Of a stretch of DNA of 64,000 bases, positions 19,425-29,775 are shown one piece after another. Origin of the DNA: Ignavibacteria bacterium UBA2333 (GTDB lineage Bacteria; Bacteroidota; Ignavibacteria; Kapaibacteriales; Kapaibacteriaceae). The position numbers were made by a program, and so were the translations under genes. Numbering within the stretch: position 1 is the stretch's first letter; every line of letters starts with the position of its first letter. The notes under the pieces are model-generated. The model was not told where the DNA came from. It made no database searches and saw only the letters and a program-made list of their open reading frames with translations. The stretch covers positions 45,879 through 109,878 of the forward strand of contig DDUR01000061.1 of the NCBI GenBank assembly GCA_002344895.1, given 5' to 3'.

Positions 19425-20687
19425 CTACTCCGCTGCCGACGCTTGTTCTTCAATCTTCATATAGTCCAGAATCTTCTGAGCTGCTGCCGGATTCTTGACA
19501 CGTGAATAAGCGTTGGAAAGAAGTCCACACAAACGGTTCCGGTATTGTGCACGTCGGTCACGATCTGTTATCTGCAACCAAGCACGCTGGTCGTACGGCC
19601 TCTTTAGCAGACGCACAACTGATGCAGGAGACTTCGCACTATCGGCACTTGCGCGATCAAGAAGCTTCGCCAACTTCTTCTCATATGTCTCTTCTGTGAT
19701 CTTTATACTATCCAGACCAAGACGGTGAATCTTGTGCGAAATCTGCTTGTTGATTTCGTTAACGTTCTCCTCATCGAAGTCATATACCTTCATCTTGGAG
19801 ATCACGGCCGGCTTTAGTCGCACCCAGACTTTTGCATTGTCGTTACCAAATCCACGATTGCGCAACGACGTCAGGATATTGTCTGCGTCGGAATACGACA
19901 TATTTGTTTCCACGAGCATAAGGGCAGCACGAATCGCCACTTCTCCAAGGAATCCATCCGTTCGCTCAAAATTTCTCAGCAAGGCCTGCCGAATAAACTG
20001 GCCCTGATTATACACGCGTTGAAAATCACCCGCTGAGTATGCTTGTCGTGAACGAAGCACTCGAAGCGTACCCGAGGCATTCTCTTTATATCCTAACAGT
20101 TCCAACAGACCAATGGCTTGAGAGAATCCAAACTCGACGTAGTAGTCAATCTTCGGCACTCCAACAATCTCACATATGGCCTTAAGATATGTTGTCCTAC
20201 CACGATTTGCCCGTACGTTCGTCAGCTTGTTGAGTCCTGTTGAATCTTCAAAACCAGCATCGAAATACGTATCACGCGGAATAGAGATAATCTCGACACA
20301 TCCAGAGTCGAGCCAGAACCGTAGAAGATGGTTCGCGTCAGCATGCCCCATCGGATCACCGAGTCGCGAGTCGACACCGGTAATCATAACATTTACAACC
20401 TTACCAGACACGGCTGGAAAGTCTTGGTTCTTCAGTGTTATCGTTGTATCGCTAACATGGAAGGTCGTTGTATCAATACCCTCTTCGTTCAGCTTAGTTG
20501 ACTTCTTCTTTGCAACCGAATCTGTCACCGTGCTAACTGAATCAGGTGGCGGCACCTCGCTTACGTCGTCATTTCCGGTATTGCAGGAAATAACAAACAG
20601 GGCAACAATGATACAAAGGGGCAAAAGGGGCAGCAAGTGCTTGAACGCGCCATTGGTACGTGCAGCACGCAGTGTTGTGATCATCAT
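19425..20687 (-). CDS. LytR-CpsA-Psr (LCP) family protein
   Basis: N-terminal TM/signal anchor, then the LCP core ...VMITGVDSRLGDPMGHADANHLL...IISIPRDTY... Start set to the ATG at 20687, which overlaps the mazG stop (ATGA). Confidence 0.65.
   Translation of the reverse strand: MMITTLRAARTNGAFKHLLPLLPLCIIVALFVISCNTGNDDVSEVPPPDSVSTVTDSVAKKKSTKLNEEGIDTTTFHVSDTTITLKNQDFPAVSGKVVNVMITGVDSRLGDPMGHADANHLLRFWLDSGCVEIISIPRDTYFDAGFEDSTGLNKLTNVRANRGRTTYLKAICEIVGVPKIDYYVEFGFSQAIGLLELLGYKENASGTLRVLRSRQAYSAGDFQRVYNQGQFIRQALLRNFERTDGFLGEVAIRAALMLVETNMSYSDADNILTSLRNRGFGNDNAKVWVRLKPAVISKMKVYDFDEENVNEINKQISHKIHRLGLDSIKITEETYEKKLAKLLDRASADSAKSPASVVRLLKRPYDQRAWLQITDRDRRAQYRNRLCGLLSNAYSRVKNPAAAQKILDYMKIEEQASAAE
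20615..20631 (-). repeat. Bipartite C-tract motif copy (GCCCCTTTTGCCCCTTT on the minus strand)
   Basis: Inside the LCP gene signal-anchor region (LLPLLPLC). Confidence 0.6.
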
Positions 20688-21499
20688 GAACGTGAAGTTT
20701 CTTGTCGTTTTGCTTCGTCCCACCACACATCCATCTCAGCTAGGGACAGATCAGTGAGTGTGCGCCCTTCCTCAGACGCCCTGCGTTCGATATGCTGAAA
20801 TCGCCGCATAAACGTGCCGGTCGTCCCATGTAGCGCGTCTTCGGCAATAACACCTTCATGACGAGCTGCATTAATGAGAGCGAAGAAGACATCTCCGAAC
20901 TCAGATCGTATACGATCTCGATTACCGGCCTGGATTTCGTCACGAAGCTCACGAAGTTCTTCGTCGACCTTCGCCCAAACGTCTCTGCGATCGTGCCAAT
21001 CGAATCCTACGTTAGCTGCCTTCTCCTGCACGCGCTGAGCACGCAGAGCGGCGGGAAGGGATCGGGGGACGCCATCAAGAATGGAAGAACGTCCTTCCTT
21101 CATTTTCAAACGTTCCCAGTTTTCAAGTACCTTCTTTTCCGTATCCGCCGTTTCATCGCCGAAAATGTGTGGATGTCTATGGACAAGTTTTGTGAACTCG
21201 TTATGAATCACATCACGTAACGAAAAAGCTCCTCGTTGTTCAGCCATCACAGCATGCATTGTCACGTGCAGGAGCAGGTCTCCGAGTTCTTTTGAGAACT
21301 CCACGTCATCTTTAGCGGCAATGGCATCCAGAGTTTCGTAGGCTTCCTCAATCAAGAGATGGGAGATCGACTCATGTGTCTGCTTCTGATCCCATGGACA
21401 ATCGGCACGAAGAATACGGACAAGGTCAACGAAGGCGGCCATGTAGGAAATGGCATCGTCAGCGTGGACAGGATGAGGAACGGGTCGTAAGGGAGGCAT
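20684..21499 (-). CDS. mazG: Nucleoside triphosphate pyrophosphohydrolase MazG (tandem MazG domains)
   Basis: LRADCPWDQKQTHESISHLLIEEAYETLDAI...ELGDLLLHV, and a second repeat ...EELRELRDEI...EFGDVFFALIN. An alternative start is the ATG at 21442. Confidence 0.85.
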   Translation of the reverse strand: MPPLRPVPHPVHADDAISYMAAFVDLVRILRADCPWDQKQTHESISHLLIEEAYETLDAIAAKDDVEFSKELGDLLLHVTMHAVMAEQRGAFSLRDVIHNEFTKLVHRHPHIFGDETADTEKKVLENWERLKMKEGRSSILDGVPRSLPAALRAQRVQEKAANVGFDWHDRRDVWAKVDEELRELRDEIQAGNRDRIRSEFGDVFFALINAARHEGVIAEDALHGTTGTFMRRFQHIERRASEEGRTLTDLSLAEMDVWWDEAKRQETSRS

Positions 21500-21544
21500 A
21501 ACTGAGCGGCAATGTTACGGAAAATACGCTCGTGGTCACGACGG

Positions 21545-22384
21545 TCAGATGGCCATTACAATGAGGCCAACGGCCATGGATCCAAGGATGACAAGGAAGC
21601 TGAGGGCCATGTTCTTCATGAAGGCCGACGTTCCGTTGATTCCTGAAAGACCAATCTTTACGATTGCGTTAGCGGCGATGGCCAGCACAAGAGAAAGTCG
21701 AGCCACGTCATGGGAAACCATCGACCGTTCGACCAGATCTGTCACTGAGATCGTAATCGAATCAACGTCAAGAACGGCACCAAAAAAACTCGTGACATAG
21801 ATAGCCGACGTACCATATTCGTTCGTGAGGGCACTTCCAGCAAAGTTCACTGCTGCGAGATATGCTGCAAACGCCAGTGCTGACCGCAGGTTTAGGGGGC
21901 GCGTTTGAGACGTGAGTTCATCAGTCTGTACCGATGGTCCTCGATGTCGCAATCGATACGTGAGCACAAGACCGCCAACAGTTCCGAAGAGGACCGGAAT
22001 TGCGAAGGCCTGGGCCATCGTTGGATAGATAGCACCGAGGACGATGAGCATACGTGGTAGCTGGATAACGTTTGCCAAGGTTGCTGCATACCAGCAGTCT
22101 CTCTGGCGATCTGGTGACGTGCGGACTTCTGCGGCAAGGGCGGCCGTCACAGCTGTTGTTGAGACCAACGAGCCAAACGATGCAGCAAGTACACGCCCCC
22201 GATGTGCTCCAACGTATTTGCGGAGAAAGTATCCCACAAAACCCACAGCACTCACAACGATCATGGCTGTCCAAAGGCTTCGCGGAGCAAAAAAATCAAA
22301 CGGTCCGTACCGTCCATCTGGGATGAACGGCCGGACCGCAAAAAGAACTGCTAGAGCGATTCCGTCAACGACTTCCTTCGTCAC
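21545..22384 (-). CDS. DUF4010-type integral membrane protein (the C-terminal module of MgtC/DUF4010 proteins, no MgtC domain)
   Basis: Polytopic membrane protein with ...[12 protein letters not shown]...[14 protein letters not shown]..., typical of DUF4010. Start set to the GTG at 22384, which overlaps the paaA-like stop (GTGA). Confidence 0.55.
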   Translation of the reverse strand: MTKEVVDGIALAVLFAVRPFIPDGRYGPFDFFAPRSLWTAMIVVSAVGFVGYFLRKYVGAHRGRVLAASFGSLVSTTAVTAALAAEVRTSPDRQRDCWYAATLANVIQLPRMLIVLGAIYPTMAQAFAIPVLFGTVGGLVLTYRLRHRGPSVQTDELTSQTRPLNLRSALAFAAYLAAVNFAGSALTNEYGTSAIYVTSFFGAVLDVDSITISVTDLVERSMVSHDVARLSLVLAIAANAIVKIGLSGINGTSAFMKNMALSFLVILGSMAVGLIVMAI

Positions 22385-23364
22385 ACAAGCGGGGCCACAT
22401 AGTGTTCTACTTGTGGACGCGCTAGCGCTTGACGCACCCAACGACCCATTTCTTCTGCCGTACGGCGGACTGCGAGGCGTTCAGCGTTACACGGACCATC
22501 TCCGTTGATGACGCGCTTAAACTCATCCCAATCTGGATCACCATATGACCACTTGCCCGTAACAGGATCCTTGCGGAGTTCCGGATCAGGGACGGTGAGT
22601 CCAAGTTCCCAGATCTTTGGTACGTACTGGTTAAAGAACTGCTGACGCATATCGTCATTCGTTGCCATCTTTACCTTCCAGCGGACAAGCTTCTCAGTAT
22701 GTACCGACTCCTTGTCGGGAGGTCCGAAGAAATGCATGATGGGCTTCCACCAGCGATTCAGGGCTGCCTGAAGTGATTCTCGTTGAGCGGGCGTTCCTGT
22801 TGCCAGCGTTACGACATTGTCGTAACCATACTTCAAATGGAACGACTCTTCCTGACAGATTCGTTCAAGGGCACGACAATACGGTGCGTAGGAGCCCTTA
22901 GAGTTTGTAACCTGGTTGATAATTGCAGCGGCGTCGATTAACCACGCAATCACCGCTGTGTCTGCCCAGGTTTCTGCAGGATAGTTAAAGACGTTTGAGT
23001 ATTTCGACTTGCCAGAGATGAGATCTTCGATCATCTTCTCGCGTGGCTTACCAAGCGTTTCGGCGGCACTATAGAGTAGCTGGGCGTGACCAACTTCATC
23101 CTGGACCTTTGCCATCAACGCCATTTTCCGCTTAAACCCAGGCGCACGTGTTATCCATGTGCCTTCGGGCAATGCGCCAATAATTTCGCTGTGAGCATGC
23201 TGCTCAATCATGCGGATGAGCTGGCGCCGATACTCGCGAGGCATCCAGTCGTGAGGTTCAATCTTCTCGCCTCGATCAATCTTCGCCTCAAAGGCTGCGA
23301 GTTTTTCCGGATCGTCGTGATGCTCTTCGGTTGGGCCTTCGACGATAGTAATGTTTCCGTACAT
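22381..23364 (-). CDS. PaaA-like di-iron oxygenase (1,2-phenylacetyl-CoA epoxidase subunit A family), solitary
   Basis: Close collinearity with PaaA: [28 protein letters not shown], and ExxH motifs DEVGH and EESFH. No paaB, C, D or E gene is in the window. Confidence 0.8.
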   Translation of the reverse strand: MYGNITIVEGPTEEHHDDPEKLAAFEAKIDRGEKIEPHDWMPREYRRQLIRMIEQHAHSEIIGALPEGTWITRAPGFKRKMALMAKVQDEVGHAQLLYSAAETLGKPREKMIEDLISGKSKYSNVFNYPAETWADTAVIAWLIDAAAIINQVTNSKGSYAPYCRALERICQEESFHLKYGYDNVVTLATGTPAQRESLQAALNRWWKPIMHFFGPPDKESVHTEKLVRWKVKMATNDDMRQQFFNQYVPKIWELGLTVPDPELRKDPVTGKWSYGDPDWDEFKRVINGDGPCNAERLAVRRTAEEMGRWVRQALARPQVEHYVAPLV

Positions 23365-23404
23365 GATCAGACTCCAAGTGTTCAGTTCGTCAGGCTATCT
23401 GTCA

Positions 23405-24022
23405 TCACTGGTCAACAGTGATACGCCGATAGCGGAAGTGATAGAATCCCAATGGCGTTGTGAGATTCGGTGTTGCAGGGGCATTTTCGTAGATGCTCGT
23501 CACCTGGAAAATGTACCCTGCCGTTGACGTTACAACAGCGACAACCTTGTCCGGACTAGGTCCGATGGTATGTGAATTCCTGTTGTAGACAAAGATCGCA
23601 TTTGCACAGGTAACACAATTCGGCATCACGCGGTTCGCTGCCGCAGTGTCATCTGATCGAAGGGCCGACGTGGGTATCTCCGTCACGTCCTCAAATCGTC
23701 CTGAAACGACGGCACCTTGTGCTGAACCTGGACCAACATTTCCGCTGTTCAGTAATATGTCGATGGTTCGTGTTTCGCCGTTTGTTCTCAAATAGGCGAA
23801 TCGGATATCCCAATCCGTTGACGTGACACTTGGTGAGGGCACAATAGTATCACCGTCAAGATCATAGTATAGCCACCCGATCGTGCTATCAGGACGAAGG
23901 TTGGAGCGTGTAACGACGTCGTCAGACGGCGTCGGAGTGGGAGCTACCGTATCATCCGAACAAGCGGTGAACACGGCAACAAACGTGCTGGTCAGAAAGG
24001 CTAGCCGTAGAAATGTCATCAT
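23405..24022 (-). CDS. HmuY-like lipoprotein (tentative)
   Basis: Lipobox FVAVFTA|C. A YYDLDGD...DWDIRFAY...LLNSG pattern resembles the HmuY family beta-sandwich. The ATG overlaps the upstream stop (ATGA, 24019-24022). Confidence 0.45.
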   Translation of the reverse strand: MMTFLRLAFLTSTFVAVFTACSDDTVAPTPTPSDDVVTRSNLRPDSTIGWLYYDLDGDTIVPSPSVTSTDWDIRFAYLRTNGETRTIDILLNSGNVGPGSAQGAVVSGRFEDVTEIPTSALRSDDTAAANRVMPNCVTCANAIFVYNRNSHTIGPSPDKVVAVVTSTAGYIFQVTSIYENAPATPNLTTPLGFYHFRYRRITVDQ

Positions 24023-25341
24023 CGTTGCGAACCTGTCGATCGATAGTTCAATGTTGCTACCACATGGCGGCCAATGTTAGCTCCATGCTCATTACCAGCA
24101 TCACAGCCTCGACGATAATGGATTCCGCCATAGAGTCGTGAAACTGATGCCTCCAGTGCTGCTTGCCGGAAGGATGTAAATGACCGTACTCCAAATCCAA
24201 AGATGTGTTCGGTACTGTCAACAAACGGTCGGTCTCCAAAATGGTGCGTTAACACCTCTGCAGCTGCTGCCGTAATTGTTGAGTGGCCACTTGCATGTTC
24301 CGGAAACGGAGGAGTCTGCAGCATTGGTTCCCACGTCGGGTCGATATAGAGGTTGATGTAGGTCACCGGGCGAATAAGTGTACTCCGAAACTTCTCGGCC
24401 CAACATGCAGTGAATCCGTCGAACAAGGCAAATGCAACCGATGAATACACCTCCAGTGCACGTACCATGGGCGTTTTGTCGGCCACCATGACCTGCATAG
24501 CAATGTTCATCCAGTGTCCACCCGGAGAGATCTGGCGCGAGTTATAGATAAAGTGTCCATGGTAACTCGTGACAACCGGATTATCATTCCAGAATTCCGC
24601 AATGTGGCGCTGCTCCTTCGAGAGCGACTTCGACAACTCTAAGACCTCCGTTGCGGCCGCATAAAACTCTGAACCACGGCTGGTATCAAAGGGAATGTTT
24701 GGTGGCACACGAAATTGATTGGCTGATGTCAGAACAATCGTGCGAACCATTCCACAATATGGCGATAGTGGTTTTGCAAAATTTGGAGGAGTTGGCACCC
24801 AACAACTATCACATCGAGGCCACTCCCAGTCGGGTAATCCCTGCGTACGTGCATATCCATCCGACTTGGCGTAGGCGTTTATCGCCTTGCCGACAGATAC
24901 TCCATACTCCTTTGAGCGCTGAAACACATCAGCGGGGACCGTGGCAGATAGTTCAGAAAACTGACGATTCGCTAGCGAATCGGTAATGCCAATTCGATAG
25001 ACAAGTTTTTGCGAAGCCGTTTGAAACGCAGCAACAATTGCTACGCGCCAGTCATACGTTTGGCCAGGGCTCGGTTCGGGGCAGCTCTCAAAGCCCTGGA
25101 GTTGGCCAACAAGCGATTGACATCCTGGCTCTGCATGGTAACCAGCTTGATAACCTGCGAGATTTGCATAGGCATGAATTCTGGCCGCAATCGGGGGCCC
25201 AAATCCATCTTCCATGATGACTTCAATGATGGCCCGATTCCACTCATGGACGATTGAGGCACCACTGACTTCCCTACCGAACAGTGTACCGGCAAGGCAC
25301 GTAAGAAGTGCGAAGGAGATGAAGAACCGATACATGACCAC
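24019..25341 (-). CDS. PAP2-superfamily protein of the vanadium-haloperoxidase/acid-phosphatase type, secreted
   Basis: Signal peptide, and PAP2 signature KFRSTLIRP ... PEHASGHS ... SRLYGGIHYRRGCD. Confidence 0.7.
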   Translation of the reverse strand: MVMYRFFISFALLTCLAGTLFGREVSGASIVHEWNRAIIEVIMEDGFGPPIAARIHAYANLAGYQAGYHAEPGCQSLVGQLQGFESCPEPSPGQTYDWRVAIVAAFQTASQKLVYRIGITDSLANRQFSELSATVPADVFQRSKEYGVSVGKAINAYAKSDGYARTQGLPDWEWPRCDSCWVPTPPNFAKPLSPYCGMVRTIVLTSANQFRVPPNIPFDTSRGSEFYAAATEVLELSKSLSKEQRHIAEFWNDNPVVTSYHGHFIYNSRQISPGGHWMNIAMQVMVADKTPMVRALEVYSSVAFALFDGFTACWAEKFRSTLIRPVTYINLYIDPTWEPMLQTPPFPEHASGHSTITAAAAEVLTHHFGDRPFVDSTEHIFGFGVRSFTSFRQAALEASVSRLYGGIHYRRGCDAGNEHGANIGRHVVATLNYRSTGSQR

Positions 25342-25386
25342 AAATTTGCCGAAAAATCAGTAGCTATTCGACGTACGGGGCTAGGC

Positions 25387-28300
25387 TTACCGACGCTTTC
25401 TTGGTGGATTCTGGCTGCCCCTTTGCCCCTTTACTGTGTCATCACTCGTCGGTGTGAGCATACTCGGCAACTGGAACAGGCGGACGGGGCCGTCGTTTAC
25501 CCCAACAATGATGTAACTCCCACCATCTGCAGCTGGCAGCACATCAACACTTCGCGCTGTGCCTGGTACGATAAAACCCGAAGAGGCAATATCCCACGGT
25601 TGCCACTGCCCCGCAGTTGTACCAAGGAGTATCTCCCCAAGACCATTGTCGTAGGAAATGACGTCAGCATCCATACCTCGCTCGTTACCTACAAGAACGA
25701 TGTCGGTCAGCCCGTCAGCATTCACATCAGCGATGATGGCATCGTTAACAGGAAACACCTGAGCAAGTTCGGGTAACGTTTCGGGAGTAAAACGACCTCC
25801 TTGATTACGCAAGAGAATATGATCAAATCTTCCGGCTGAGTATACACGAACGTTTCCGTCTGTGTTTGGGAGTACATCTCGTAATGACGCACGCGCGAGA
25901 TCCGCATAGGTGTTAAAAGATCTGACGAGGGTCGGAATATGCTGGATAAGATTCATACGGGATCGAGTCGGACGTCGAACTCCATCCGGAACATAACTGA
26001 CGATTTGATCAAGACTACCATTACCGTCAAAGTCAGCCACGTGCATCTGTAATGGCTCTTCTGGCGTCCCTAAAATCCTGCAATTCAAACCAATGTTTCC
26101 CAGAACGACGTCAACATCACCGTCACCATCTACATCTCCGGCCGTTGCGCTTCTCCACCATCCAGTGAGACTGTCCAATCCCCATAACGTGCTACGATCG
26201 ACGAGTTTACCTTTCTCATTAATCCAAAGTCGGGGTGCAGACCATTCTCCAACGGTCATTACATCCGCATCCCCATCACCGTCAACATCCAAGGCAACAA
26301 CGTCGCGTGTCATCCCAATATCGCTCATGCCTGGCGCTACTTCGGAAGTTACATCTATAAACTTCTTTCCTGTGTTGCGCAGAATTACTGTTGGTTCGTG
26401 TTCCGGGAATCTGCCTGGACGGATCCTACCCCCAACTACAAGATCACGAAATCCATCATTGTTAATATCAACAACAGCGACACGCGATCCTGCTCGCCGT
26501 GTTGGAGGCAAAGCAGCCGTATCGAGAGTGAAGACTCCCGATCCATTGTTTCGATACAAACGATCACGAAGCTCTTCGTCGTCAGGTTCAAATTCGGCAC
26601 TTCCGGTTACGATGTATACATCAAGGTCACCATCTGCATCAGCATCAAACAGCGTTGCTGATACATCCTCCGTTTCCTCAAACTCTGTAAGACCTGATTC
26701 TTTTGCACGAACGAATGAACCGTCGCCTTGCTGAAGATAGAGTTCGGTGTACTGAAACTTTGCACCGGGCATCACAACGTCGTAAAGACCATCACCATTG
26801 ACGTCACCAACACCGATGTCCGGACCTTCTTGTGAATATCGATACGGTAAGAGACGCTCTCGTTTTAGATCATCATAGAAGTTCTCGCGATGTCGAGCAG
26901 GCAGTCTCGATGAGACATCTGTAAAGGCTGGCAAGGGGCGAAATGGGGCTCGTGGTTCCTTTGCATTCGAATGTTGCGCCACAACCGCACTGGCAATGTT
27001 GACGTTCGTAAGTACGGTACGTGAGCGATCAGACCATGTCACCTCAATCGTATCAACCTTCAAGCGATCATCAAGTCCGACCAAGATGGGGCCGTGAGAT
27101 GATGAGAGGTATCCGTGAACGGGATTCGCGGAAATGGCATACGTACGATCTCCAGCAACAACACGAATGTGAGCACCGTGGCCTAGTCTATCTGATGGTG
27201 GACCCTGGAGAATGACCTTTAACGAGCGTCGCCCGTGGTTCTCGACGGTCATGTTACGATACAGACCCGCAACGTGGTCAGTATTACTGAGAACAACGTC
27301 AAGGTCTCCGTCGTTGTCTAGATCAGCATATGCTGCACCATTGGTGATAACACTGTCGCCAATCCCCGACCCGTCAGACACATCACGAAATATCAGCGAG
27401 CCCGTACCAAGGAAGAGTGCGTTACGCAGATTGGTGATCGGCATCTTTTGGTACTCATCCTTCTTTGTCGTCGTCGTCGCATAGTAGTTATATACGAAAT
27501 CCTGATCTCCAATATCTCTCTTCACCCCATTCGAGATAAAGACATCTGCAAAACCGTCAAGGTCGTAATCTGCCGTAAGCACGGACCATGTCCAATCTGT
27601 AGCAGCAAGCCCAGAGAGATAACAAACATTTGTAAAAAGTCCGTTTCCACGATTAATATGAATGGCATTGTGGACACGTTGTGCGGAATCAAAGAACGGG
27701 CCGTAGATCGACATACCACCTATCTGAGTCATCCGACGGAAATGGTCCTTCGGCAACATGTCCATGGAAAGGATGTCGAGCCGACCATCGCTGTTAAGAT
27801 CTGCGATATCACTACCCATACTCGACCAGCTCATATTCCTGAGTGCACGCATGGCATCGTTTCGAAATGAACCGTTGCCATTGTTGATCCAGAGTCGATC
27901 TCGCTCTTCAAAATCATTTGCTACAAACACATCAGCGAATCCATCATCGTTGACATCACCGATACCGAGTCCTAAGCCATATCCCTTATCAACGATGCCG
28001 GCTGTAGCTGTAACGTCAACCCAGACTCCATTTCCGTCATTTCGAAACACGTTATCATTTTCACCTGGATTCATGTGCCCTTGCCGGCGACTCTTACCAC
28101 TTCGCATCACAAAAAGGTCAAGGTCTCCGTCAGCGTCTATATCGATAGGCGCAGCCATCGTGGCCGACGTAGAATCCGTTAGCGTGATCGGTGAATCAAC
28201 TGGTGTAAAGTATCCTCGACCGTCGTTAACGTAACACAGACTCTTCCCTGGTCGTCGACAAACATATAGGTCCAGAAATCCGTCGGCATTGAGGTCAGCC

Positions 28301-28650
28301 AGCAACACACCAGTGCGCGGAATGATCGAGTCGTGACGGATACCGCGTTCGAACGTGACGTCCACAAATCGAAAGTTGCCTTTATTAATATACAGTCGAT
28401 CTCCTACCTGCGTACCAGTAAAGTAGAGATCAATCAGACCATCTCCATCGACGTCTCCTGCTGCAACACCACCTCCATTGTAGGCATAGAAGTCGGCGAG
28501 AACATTGAAGTCGTCGGTTTCACGAATGTTGTTCGAAAAACGCAGACCGGACGTAGCTGCATCCACTCTTTCAAAGAGCTGTGCACGTAGACTCATCGGC
28601 GAGAACATGATGAGAACAAGTCCGATCATGATACCCAGTAGTGTGATCAT
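25387..28650 (-). CDS. FG-GAP/VCBS-repeat plus ASPIC/UnbV (CRTAC1-like) secreted protein
   Basis: Signal peptide, many DxNxDGxxD and GDxDGDGxxD loops, and a central UnbV/ASPIC block (GAHIRVVAGDRTY...VTWSDRSRTVLTNV). It is a paralogue-type relative of the first CDS. Confidence 0.8.
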   Translation of the reverse strand: MITLLGIMIGLVLIMFSPMSLRAQLFERVDAATSGLRFSNNIRETDDFNVLADFYAYNGGGVAAGDVDGDGLIDLYFTGTQVGDRLYINKGNFRFVDVTFERGIRHDSIIPRTGVLLADLNADGFLDLYVCRRPGKSLCYVNDGRGYFTPVDSPITLTDSTSATMAAPIDIDADGDLDLFVMRSGKSRRQGHMNPGENDNVFRNDGNGVWVDVTATAGIVDKGYGLGLGIGDVNDDGFADVFVANDFEERDRLWINNGNGSFRNDAMRALRNMSWSSMGSDIADLNSDGRLDILSMDMLPKDHFRRMTQIGGMSIYGPFFDSAQRVHNAIHINRGNGLFTNVCYLSGLAATDWTWSVLTADYDLDGFADVFISNGVKRDIGDQDFVYNYYATTTTKKDEYQKMPITNLRNALFLGTGSLIFRDVSDGSGIGDSVITNGAAYADLDNDGDLDVVLSNTDHVAGLYRNMTVENHGRRSLKVILQGPPSDRLGHGAHIRVVAGDRTYAISANPVHGYLSSSHGPILVGLDDRLKVDTIEVTWSDRSRTVLTNVNIASAVVAQHSNAKEPRAPFRPLPAFTDVSSRLPARHRENFYDDLKRERLLPYRYSQEGPDIGVGDVNGDGLYDVVMPGAKFQYTELYLQQGDGSFVRAKESGLTEFEETEDVSATLFDADADGDLDVYIVTGSAEFEPDDEELRDRLYRNNGSGVFTLDTAALPPTRRAGSRVAVVDINNDGFRDLVVGGRIRPGRFPEHEPTVILRNTGKKFIDVTSEVAPGMSDIGMTRDVVALDVDGDGDADVMTVGEWSAPRLWINEKGKLVDRSTLWGLDSLTGWWRSATAGDVDGDGDVDVVLGNIGLNCRILGTPEEPLQMHVADFDGNGSLDQIVSYVPDGVRRPTRSRMNLIQHIPTLVRSFNTYADLARASLRDVLPNTDGNVRVYSAGRFDHILLRNQGGRFTPETLPELAQVFPVNDAIIADVNADGLTDIVLVGNERGMDADVISYDNGLGEILLGTTAGQWQPWDIASSGFIVPGTARSVDVLPAADGGSYIIVGVNDGPVRLFQLPSMLTPTSDDTVKGQRGSQNPPRKRR
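25417..25432 (+). repeat. Bipartite C-tract motif copy (GCCCCTTTGCCCCTTT, a perfect tandem 8-mer)
   Basis: Antisense to the C-terminal tail of the 1087-aa FG-GAP protein (VKGQRGSQ). Confidence 0.6.
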
Positions 28651-28692
28651 GACAACGTTCGGGATGGATGGGACTGCTGTGGTGAGCGGATG

Positions 28693-29775
28693 TTACGTCC
28701 GCGTTCTAACAAGGATAGTCAGACCAACGAGGAAAAACAAGGCATTGGAGCTCCAGGCCACAACCCAAACGGGGAAATCGAGATCTGTACCCATTGCCTG
28801 AGAGATTCGAGAGAAGGCGATGTAGACAAAAGAAACAACCATTGCAGCGGCAATGTTTACAGCAATCCCACCACGACGTCGAACACTGGCAAATGGGACG
28901 GCAATCAACAAGACGATGGCATTTGCAAACGGGAAGGCCCATTGTCCGTAATAGTCAATCTCGAGGCGACGCGTATCCTTCCCGCCGATCTTCTTCGTTT
29001 CAATGTAGTCCCACAGCTCATCAAACGTAAGTTCATCAGTGTTCCGCTGAAGTCGCACGATACGATCATGTGTGATGGCAAATGGCAATACGGCATTGTT
29101 TACGGTTGTCACATCAAGGCTATCACCTATAGTTACGCGTCGAATTGCCGTTGGAGCTACCCATGCCGATCGAACCGTGTCCCAGTTCATAATCGGTGCT
29201 TCAATGCGTTCCAGAAGCCTAGGATGCAGTTCGTTCGTAAACGTCTCAATTGATACGATTCTCCCTTGCCGCGCTATTGCGTCATACGACTCCACACTGA
29301 CGTTACGCGTTGGCTGATCGCGGAAGTATAAACGATACAGCGCTTCACCCCCTGTCCCTCTCGCCAAATATTCACGTTCGATACGAAATTTCTCTGCATT
29401 CGCAACCGGAACGATCCATCCGTTAAAGTACAATTGAGCAAATGACATCGTTAGGCCAAACACAAGTAGCGGTGCCATAAGACGATAGAGACTCATACCG
29501 GACGATCTCATCGCCGTCGTCTCATTGTTTGTCGACAACCTGCCAATACTAAACAGTGAGGCCAAAAGCATTCCTACGGGAAAGAGCAGCTCAAGGATCT
29601 GCGGCAGGAATGAGACGTAGTACGTGACAATAACACCGAAGGTAGCGTTGTGATCCAGGAAAGCATCAAGGCTTTCCAACATATCAACAACAATAAAGAT
29701 GACGCAAAGTGCACCGACGGAGAAGAACAACGTCGATGCAAACTGTCGAAGCACATAGCGGTCAACGAGCCGCAC
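28693..29775 (-). CDS. LptF/LptG (YjgP/YjgQ) family LPS export permease
   Basis: MRLVDRYVLRQFASTLFF N-terminus, three TMs, a periplasmic beta-jellyroll region, then three TMs. Confidence 0.75.
   Translation of the reverse strand: MRLVDRYVLRQFASTLFFSVGALCVIFIVVDMLESLDAFLDHNATFGVIVTYYVSFLPQILELLFPVGMLLASLFSIGRLSTNNETTAMRSSGMSLYRLMAPLLVFGLTMSFAQLYFNGWIVPVANAEKFRIEREYLARGTGGEALYRLYFRDQPTRNVSVESYDAIARQGRIVSIETFTNELHPRLLERIEAPIMNWDTVRSAWVAPTAIRRVTIGDSLDVTTVNNAVLPFAITHDRIVRLQRNTDELTFDELWDYIETKKIGGKDTRRLEIDYYGQWAFPFANAIVLLIAVPFASVRRRGGIAVNIAAAMVVSFVYIAFSRISQAMGTDLDFPVWVVAWSSNALFFLVGLTILVRTRT

Noticed and set aside
26093-26734. 213-aa Ser/Pro/Thr-rich ORF on the plus strand
   Set aside because: It is antisense to the FG-GAP repeat gene. 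Its low-complexity composition is the mirror image of the repeated Asp/Gly codons of the real gene.
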